Part shown: piece by piece, positions 23,201 to 32,200 of the stretch | Numbering within the stretch: the first letter of the stretch is position 1 | Layout of the letters: each line of letters opens with the position of its first letter | Assembly: GCA_963657075.1 (NCBI GenBank) | Contig: CAVKLF010000001.1 | Location: 40,749-104,748, forward strand | Origin: a bacterium | GTDB lineage: Bacteria; Bacteroidota; Bacteroidia; Bacteroidales; Bacteroidaceae | DNA: 64,000 nucleotides | Reading direction: 5' to 3' | Made by a program: the position numbers and the translations under genes | Notes under the pieces: generated by a model | What the model was told of the DNA's origin: nothing | Database searches by the model: none | What the model saw: only the letters and a program-made list of their open reading frames with translations

Positions 23201-26200
23201 ATACTTTTGACGGCAACGTCTTTGTGGTAGACCAAGTGAACCCCGAGACTGGGGAGTTTGACGAACATAAGGTGATGTATGGCTATCCTTCTCAGGAGGC
23301 AGCGACAGAGGCTTATCTTGCCAACTACTCCAAGGGCTGGAAGGGAATTGGCAAGGTTACTTCTGTACCTAAGGCAACCTTCGACAAGTGGCTGGAGTCT
23401 TCCGACCGCAAGACCAAGCCGTTTGCCGACTATGCCATGATACAGAAGGCAAAAGCCCAGAAGGTAAGCTATAATCCCGACACCCATGAATGGACTGGTA
23501 TTCCCGAAGAGGTGATTACTGATGACAAGCCAAACAGGTATGGTGTGATTGATGGTTTTACCAAGAATCCTCGTATCTATGCTTATTACGACACAAAATC
23601 TCGTACCACATGGCTTCGTGTGGAGACCATAGACAACCAAGCAGAGACTCCAGAGCGTATCAATACCGTTTTGGAGAAGGAGGGCTATCAAGTTCACACC
23701 AATGGCGAGTCTTCCGGCTATGTGGACTTCGATAACTATGCAGATGCCGAGAAGTTTGCCAAGCATGTGGACGATGTAGAGAAGTATGTTCATTCACCGA
23801 AGGACAACCAAGGCAACCCGATAAACGAGGATGGCAGCTTAAAGCTGGGATCAATCAACTCAGTTGATGGGATTCCTTTTGAGCAAATCAAGCCAATAGG
23901 CACAGGCGCTTTCGGCAACATCTACAATCAGTTCAAGGGAAAGCCCGATGAAGCTGTGGCGTTTTTGATGCAACAGCAAGGCGGAGAAGCACTTGGTGCC
24001 CTATACCATGATGCAGTTGGTGACGTTGATTTGGTTTGGGGCAAGACAGGAACTAAGCATAGTGATGGCTTTGGCTTGGCAAAACTGGTAAAATATCATC
24101 CAGAGGTAGTTGCAAACTTGCAGGGCATTCTTAGCAGCATGAAGGTAGATAAGAGGTCTCCAAACCGTGTAAACCTCAGTAGTGACAAATACAAAGCTGG
24201 TATTCGTCTCGACTATGATGGAAAGAGTAAGACTTGGTTGCTGACTGCTTACGAAAAAGAAGTACCTTCGGATAGTAGCAAGACTACAGACACTGCCACC
24301 TCTTCGTTGAGTGGTGACACAGCTCTCACCCAATCCGAAGGTATTTCTTCCGCTGGCAAAGGTACGAATAATTCTGATAACTCGCAAGAAAAAGGGCAAG
24401 AAAATGCAGGAAATCTGCCATTTGGTGCTCAGATGAACATGGAAGACCTGCCGTTTAGCCGTGATGTGAAGGAGGTGAAGCCATCCGAGATGACGGAGTC
24501 TCAGAAGGTGGCTTATGATGCCGTGTCTACGATGCTTAAGAAGGCTGGAGTCCCGGTGAAGGTAATCAGCAATGAGGATATGGAGAAGGTGGCAGAGGCG
24601 CAGGATAATATTGTATTGTCAAGGCTGATGAATGACCCACGTCTTCGCTTTTACATCAAGACCCCCGAGCAGAAGAAGGCGGCAAATTCTGCTTACGACT
24701 GGGCTAGCCAAAATCGCCCTGACAAGCACAAGCAGTACGCCATCGTGAATATGGACAAACCGAACGAGATGCCGGAGTACTTCGAGAAGAAGGACTTGGC
24801 AGAGCGTGCCCGAAAGTATTACTCCAATGAATGGAAGGTAGGCAACTACAAGGCATTCGACCTCGACAAGCCGTTTGAGGAGCAAGTGAAGGACGTGAAG
24901 GGCAATGTGCCCGATGAGTTTGATCCATATAAGGCAGCTAAGGAGCATGCAAACAAGTTGGCTGACTTGAAAAATCAGCAAGAAAACCTTGTAAAACAGC
25001 GTGATGACTTGCAGAAGCAGTATAATGACTACGAGTATAAGCGCAACAAGACCTTCTTTGATGCCCTTATGGACTATAGGATAGCTCACCCAGGCGAGAA
25101 GGTTCCAGACTCATTCATCAAGGAGGCTACAGAGAAGTCTATTGGCAAAAATGACCCACGTCAAGAATTGAATCGCCAGATGGCTGAGATGAATGCCAAG
25201 ATTGCCGAAATCAGTAAGCAGTTGATAGCTAATGGTGAAAAAATCAGTTTCTTGAAAGGTAAGGGCACGGTGTATGGTTACACCGATGGCAAGGAGATCG
25301 TGCTGAACCAGGAGCATCTGAATCCTAACACACCCATCCACGAGTACCAGCATCTGTGGCGCACGGCAGCGAAGGCGAAGAATCCTGACCTTATAGCGCA
25401 TGGTGACAAACTTATCATGCAGACCTCTCTGTTTGTCGACTTGAAGAAGGATCCTAATTATAAGCATCTGAGCAACGAGCAGCTTTGCGATGAGGCTTTT
25501 TCTCAACTGACTGGTGAGGACGGAGCCAAGATCTTGGAGGATATGGCTAAGGAAGCCATTAAGGAGAATCCGCTGGACACAGCCAAGGAACTCTCAGTGA
25601 TCAACAAGTTGAAGGACTGGTTGAAGAAGTTCTGGTACTGGACACTCGACACCTTCACCAAGTGGAAGCCCGAGGACATCAGGAAAATGACCTTGGAGGA
25701 CATTCGCAACCTTGTGTTGAGGGACTTGGCGAAGGGCGTTGACCCACGCGCAAAGTTGAATGAGAGTGCAGCCAAGGAAACGCGGGAGCTCAAAAAGGCC
25801 AATGACGCTTTCAACCAGAGATTGGATGAGCTGGCGAAGAATCCCAACCAAAAGGACAAGGTTCTTCGCTTGGGACGTTCCAGCACCTTCTTGAAAGACG
25901 GCGGCATTGCCGATGCGGACATAGAGCTGGACTACGACAAGCTGATGCGCAAATCCAAGCAGGGATATGTGCATGAGCATCCTTTTGATGTGGCTGACGT
26001 AAACGACCTTCCCTTGGCTGTCGCATATCCGATTTCTGTGTTTGACAACACGAACGGCAAGAATGGCGGTCAGGTTATATTGACAGAATTGAAGAAAGAG
26101 GACAGGAACTTCATTGTTGCTGTTCGGACGGAGAGCCAAAACAGAAAAGGCGGTGTTGTCTTGAAGGTGAACAAAATAGTGACTCTGTTCCCGAAAGATG

Positions 26201-29200
26201 CCAAAGGCGTAATCAATTGGTTTAACCAAGGCAAGGCTACTAATATCGACAAAGAAAAAGCCCTCCACTTTATCGAGGCCCTCCAGAACCATCCTGGAAC
26301 CACAATAACAAGTGAGGAGCTTAATTCTGCTGCAAATGTAATCAATTCTTTTGAAACCGCCAAGGAAAATGGCGAAAAAATCTCATTGAAGGATGACAAG
26401 ACCCTTGTGGGCGTACATAACATCACGGAGGAGAAGTTGAGAAAAGCCTTGAAGCTGGGCGGCTTTGCCAATCCAAGCGTGGCGGTCATCGACACAGGCA
26501 AGAGTGCGCACAATAGCTTTGGCGAGATTTCCTTCATCGCTCCCTCCGCACTCGTTGACAAGCGTACTGGCGGCACTGCCGGTACATGGACAACCGATGC
26601 CTACACTCAGCGTTATCCGTCCGTGGAGCGGCAAATGAGCGATAAGGGCTATGAGAATTTCAAAAAATGGGTTGATGGGTTGGACTATCCCGACTCTGCC
26701 AAGATGGAAATCGAGAGACAGGCGAAGGATGCGCTTGAAGACAACAGAGACCCTGCTTGGGAATTGATGTACTTGAAAGAAAAAGGCATTGACATCAAGG
26801 GATATGACAGCAAGGTAAACTACCTTTGGCAAGACATCATAGAGGAGCATCCTTCTGTCGAAGACATACTGGAGAGCATGAAGAGCGACCCAAAGCTGAA
26901 CGAAGACGTGACGAAACTCGCCAAGTCCGAGATAACCGCTCCTACTTGGAGGAACATTTCGCAAGAGGTAAGTGCGCAGATGTCTGAGGAATTAGGCAGA
27001 AGAGTTTCGACCATCAGCCCAAAGGTAAGAGCCAAGACAAAGGAGATTTTCGAGCGTGACTATGCCCCAAGTCTGTTTAACAAGGATGGTTCGCCCAAGA
27101 AAGCGGATGTTAAGAAGGTGGTGGCGAAGATGGTGCAGCAATATGAAGACACCAAGCAATACAGCTTCTATAAGTCAAAGGTTCGGGCAAGTTCATACGT
27201 TCATAACAATGGGCTATATGCCGACTACATCAGATGGCAGGAGAACAAGCTTGATGAGTTTGGAACGAAGAACAGACTGTTCCGTGGTTTCAAGAACGAT
27301 GGAACACGCAAGTATGTTCCTGAGACCCTCGAAAACGTTTCGAAAGCCATGAGGGATGATGCCGATGGGCAGACGAACGGCAGCGAGTACACCACCTTCG
27401 GAAGCTTCATAGCGAAGTTGGCTGACCGTGTAGATAGCACTGACGAGATGCGTGCCAACAAGGACAAGCTATCCTCCAATGAGGACAAGCAGGACTTCTA
27501 CGAGAAATGGGAGGAAGTATATTACGACCTAGCCAAGTTCTTGTATAATGATGTGGCGGCTGGCGAGCAACGCCTTCACGACATTGTGACCAAGAGCGAC
27601 CCTAAGAGATACGCCAAGAAGGAGTATGGCATTACGCTGACTCCTGCCTTTATGAAGAAGTTGGATGCGCTCAAAAAGGCGGTTCGTGAGGAGTTGAAGA
27701 GCAACTATTTCGAGACGAAGTTTGAACGTCCTGTTCATCTGGACGAGTTTGCTGCTGCCGTTGTGCCTAAGGACTTGGGCGCAGATGTGCGCAAGGGATT
27801 GGAGCAGTCGGGCTTGCGCCTGTACGACTATGATGCCAAGAAGGAGGGCGACCGCCAACGTGCTTTCGATAAGGCTATCCATGGTGGCGACAACATCCGT
27901 TTCATGTTTGCAGGTGAGAGGGGAGCTGCCAATGCCGATGAGGCTGAGGAGAAGACCTATCGCATGGACAACTTGAAGGTGGCAGAGGAGATGGAACGAG
28001 GCGACAAGGATGCCAAGGCCATCAAGCTTGCCACTGGATGGGAGCGTGGCGCAGACGGCAAGTGGAGGTATGAGATGCCCGATGCCAAGATAAAGGACAC
28101 CATAGACATAGGCGGTGGACATATCGTGAAACGTTATGAGGAGGATATGCTATGGACTGACGGAAAGCTTGGCAAAGTCGTAGATGCCCCCGAGCTGTTC
28201 AAGGCTTATCCGCAGTTGAAGGACATCAAGCTTAGTACGGATGTCATCATGAACGATATGCCGAGTAATGGTGCTTACGACCACAATACGAAGACTATCA
28301 CCATTCATGCGGATGAGTTGAAGTATCTCAATTCCATTCTCAATCACGAGATTCAGCATGCCATTCAGGACATTGAAGGTTTCGCCCAAGGTGGAAGCCA
28401 GAGACAGGCAGCAACAGCTGCGTTCCAGCAGAAATTGAAAGAAGACTATATTGAAGCCATCGACCGCCTTGACGAGGTCTGCAAGAAAAACGGCATTTCT
28501 CGTTTAGCCGCTTTGGACGAAGACTTTGACGCAAGTGACAATACGGAATTAAAAGATGCCATTTCTTCTTTCCGTGCAGCGCAGAAAAAAATACTCGCAA
28601 GCCCCTATGACCGTTATCTTTCCCTTGCTGGCGAGGTTGAGGCTCGAAATGTGCAGAAGCGTCTGGGGATGACCGACGAGCAGCGCAGAAACACTCTTGC
28701 TTCCGAGACGGAGGACGTGAACCGGGATGAGCAGATCGTGATGAATGGGGATGGTGCAAGCTACAGCATTGTGGAAGACCCGAAGACGATTGAGAAGCTG
28801 GATAAGGAGGAGACAGTGAAGGTCTATCGAGCCATGCAGTTGGGAGAGGACGGCAAGCTATATCCACCGATGGCTGCGAAGGTGAAGGGCAAGTTTGTGC
28901 AACCTATCGAGCTGGGCAAGTGGGAACAGGCGGACGAGCGGCCAGACCTTGCCGACAAGAACGGTCTCTTTACCTTGAACAAGGGCAATGGCAAGACCTT
29001 GAAGGCTACTTACAACCCTTACCTTCACACTTCTCGCACTCCTTTGAACGATCAGTTCAGCGAGGCACAGAGTCGCCCCAACATCGTGACCGTGGAGGTG
29101 GAAGTTCCCAAGAGCGAGTTGACCAGCGGCTACCGGGCAGAGAAAGCCAAGGATGCCGTGGGCGAGGTAGAGTGGAAGGCTGGAATCATTCAAGGTCAGC

Positions 29201-32200
29201 TGACAGGCAAGAGAAAGGTGATACTCTCCCGATGGGACAAACCTGTGCGCATCGTGCCGGACAGCGAGGTGGCTGATGTCATCGTGAACGATATGTTCAA
29301 GGACAAGAAGGTGGTGATGCCTACCAATGTGGTTACTCCAAGTCTCAGAAAAGAGTTGGAGAAGCGTGGTGTGCCCTTCGTGGAGACCGATAACAGAGGA
29401 AGAATCGTAGGAGGTAAGAATGATGGGGTGCATTATTCCAAGGTGTATGGCAAGAAGGCTACTTCGAAGTTGGCTTTGAATGAAAATCCTGACACCATCG
29501 GAGCAAAGGAGCTGAGAATCCAAAAGCTGCGTGATAGCGAACCAATAAGAATCTCTGGAACGGAAATTCCTTCATCTGAGGATTTGAAGCAATACAAGAA
29601 GAATGCCTTGGAGTATGGAAAGACCTTACAGGGTACTTATACCAACAAGGATGATGGTACTACCATCCAGCTGCAACGTGGGCGTAAAAATGGCGGTGTG
29701 CGTGAGGTGTTACAGCACAACTACAAGGATATTCCCCATTTGCAAAGTGTTGCTGCGATACCTCAAATTATAGAGAACAGCATCTACATTGACAGCAGGG
29801 AGAACCAAGACAGAGCAAAGAACCCTGATGTGTCGGAGTACCGCTATTATGTCTGTGGGCTGAAGATAGGTAAGGAAGACTATACAGTGAGGTCTGTTGT
29901 TGCTGTGGACAAGAATGACAATCGCTATTATGACCATAAACTGACAGATATAGAAAAAGGAAAGCTTCTCGATTACTTGAATCAAGAAGCCCTTTATAAT
30001 GTCGGTTTTGGCACAACGCCCAGCACGAAGCTTACTACCGATATTTTCATTGGCAAAGATACGGTTTTAAAATCAATCCTCCAAACAAATAAGCAAGAAA
30101 TTGCAAAAAATGTGCAAAATACCGTCAATCGGCTTGGTGGTGCTGAGGCTAACGTATATACCTCTTTGGATGATGTTCCTGAGGAATATCTGTCGGAGGT
30201 GGAGCAGGGAGCCAAGGGATGGTACGACCCGGCTACTCATACCGTACACGTCTATCTACCCAACTGTGCCGATGCCAACGATGCCCAGCGCACTGTCTTC
30301 CACGAGAAGATAGGGCATGAGGGAATGGAGGTGCTGCTTGGTGGAGAGAGTGGCGTGAGGAAGTTTGCCAACTTCGTGTATAAGTCAGTGGGGAAGAAGT
30401 TGAGGGGAAAGATACTCGACTTCGCCAACAAGTACGACCCCGACTGGAAGAATCCCGACCGCATGAACGTGGGCACGCAGGAGTATATCGCCCATCTTGC
30501 CGAGGAAGGGCCACTGACAGCCGAGGACTTCTCGCTTTGGACGAAGATCAAGCACTACCTCATCAAGGCTCTCAAGAAACTTGGCATCCGTGTGCCCGGT
30601 CTGCTGAACGACAAAGACCTTCGCTATTACCTGATGAAGGCAGGAAAGGCTCTGCACGTCTGGGACAATATGCCGAAGGAGAAGCAGGAGGCGATGATGG
30701 CACAGGCAAGCAATGCCGAAATCAAGGACGCACTGAAGGATGGTGCAGGAAAGGGCAAACCAAGGCAAAAGAAAGGTGAGAGTGCCATCCAGTATATGAA
30801 GCGAGTGATGGAATGGAAGCGGTGGAAGGAAGCCCGAGAGGACGAGAACGACCCCGAGCCACCTCAGTTCTATGACTTCGATAAGGATGTGGAAGGCAAG
30901 AAGGAATGGGAGCAGCTCAACAAGGATTGGAGAAGCCGTCACGGTATAAGTGAAGAGCTATATGCTGCAATACATAATCGAGATACAAATCTTGTAGATG
31001 CAGTTCCATATATTGTTGAGGTTCCCAAACGTTTGGTAGAGGTTGCAGATGAGATAAATGGTACTGACTATTTCAGAAAGCACAACCTTGCTGTAAGTTC
31101 AAAAGATTTGGAAGCAGTTTTGCCCTTAATCGATGAATTGCGAAATGGCAATGAAGATGTAAAGATAGGTGATGACGGACGTGTCGTAGACAAAGATTCC
31201 GTCGCTAGCCAAATAGCTAGGCGAATAAACTCTATGCACTTGTTGGATGCTGATTATGTTCCGTTAAAGTCCTCAGACATTTTGCAAGAGCAGGTGCATT
31301 CATTGATAGAAAAGGATGTCTTTCCCACTGGCAAGAATAAGGAAACAATCAATAAGTCTAGATTGCCTATGAGAGAAGAGGGTGAGACTGATGATGATTA
31401 TGCAAAACGCATTAAGGAATACGAGAAGTGGAATGCAGCTGTAAACGACAAGGATGACCCTATGCCCGATATGTTCTCCTTCGAGAAGGAGAGGCAGAAG
31501 GCGGCAAGCAAGAAGTATGAGGACTGGCTGGCAAGGCATGAACTGCTGGAGCAGGAGCAAGCCGATTTGGACTTGTACGAGGGCAAGATATATCCTGCCG
31601 AGACCAACCCTGAGGCTGATGCTCTGGAGCAGCGAGTGATGCAAGACCTAGCAGAGGTGACCAGCACAGACGTGAGCAAGGAGGGAGCAGCCCGAACCGT
31701 GAAGCATGCCGTGATCCACAGACGCAAGAATATGGAAGAGGCGAGTGCCGACGATGCCATCTACATCAATGACGTGAAGAACAGAATCGAGAAGATGGCA
31801 GATAGTGGTGTGTTCGACAAGTTGCTTGCCGACTATCAGGGCAAGCCCAACAAGGCAGAAAAATTGGCTGAGGCTATACCTTATATAATAGAAGCCCCCA
31901 GAAGGTTGCGTGACATTGCCCACGACCTGAACAATACAGGTGCTTTCGACAAGGGACATATCCATATCCAGCCAAGCGATGTGGAAGCTATCCAGCCTTT
32001 CGTGAGCGACTTGGCATCAGAGACCTACAAGAAGCATATCGAAATAAAGAATGGCGAGGAGGTGGAAGTGTATGATAATCCACAAGCCGTGAGCGAGTTG
32101 GCCAGCAAGATGGCACAAGCTATCAATGCGAACCACCAAGGCGAGGAAGGGTTTGTGCCCATTGACGGCACGGACATCCTGAGCGAGCACGTCTTGCCGC

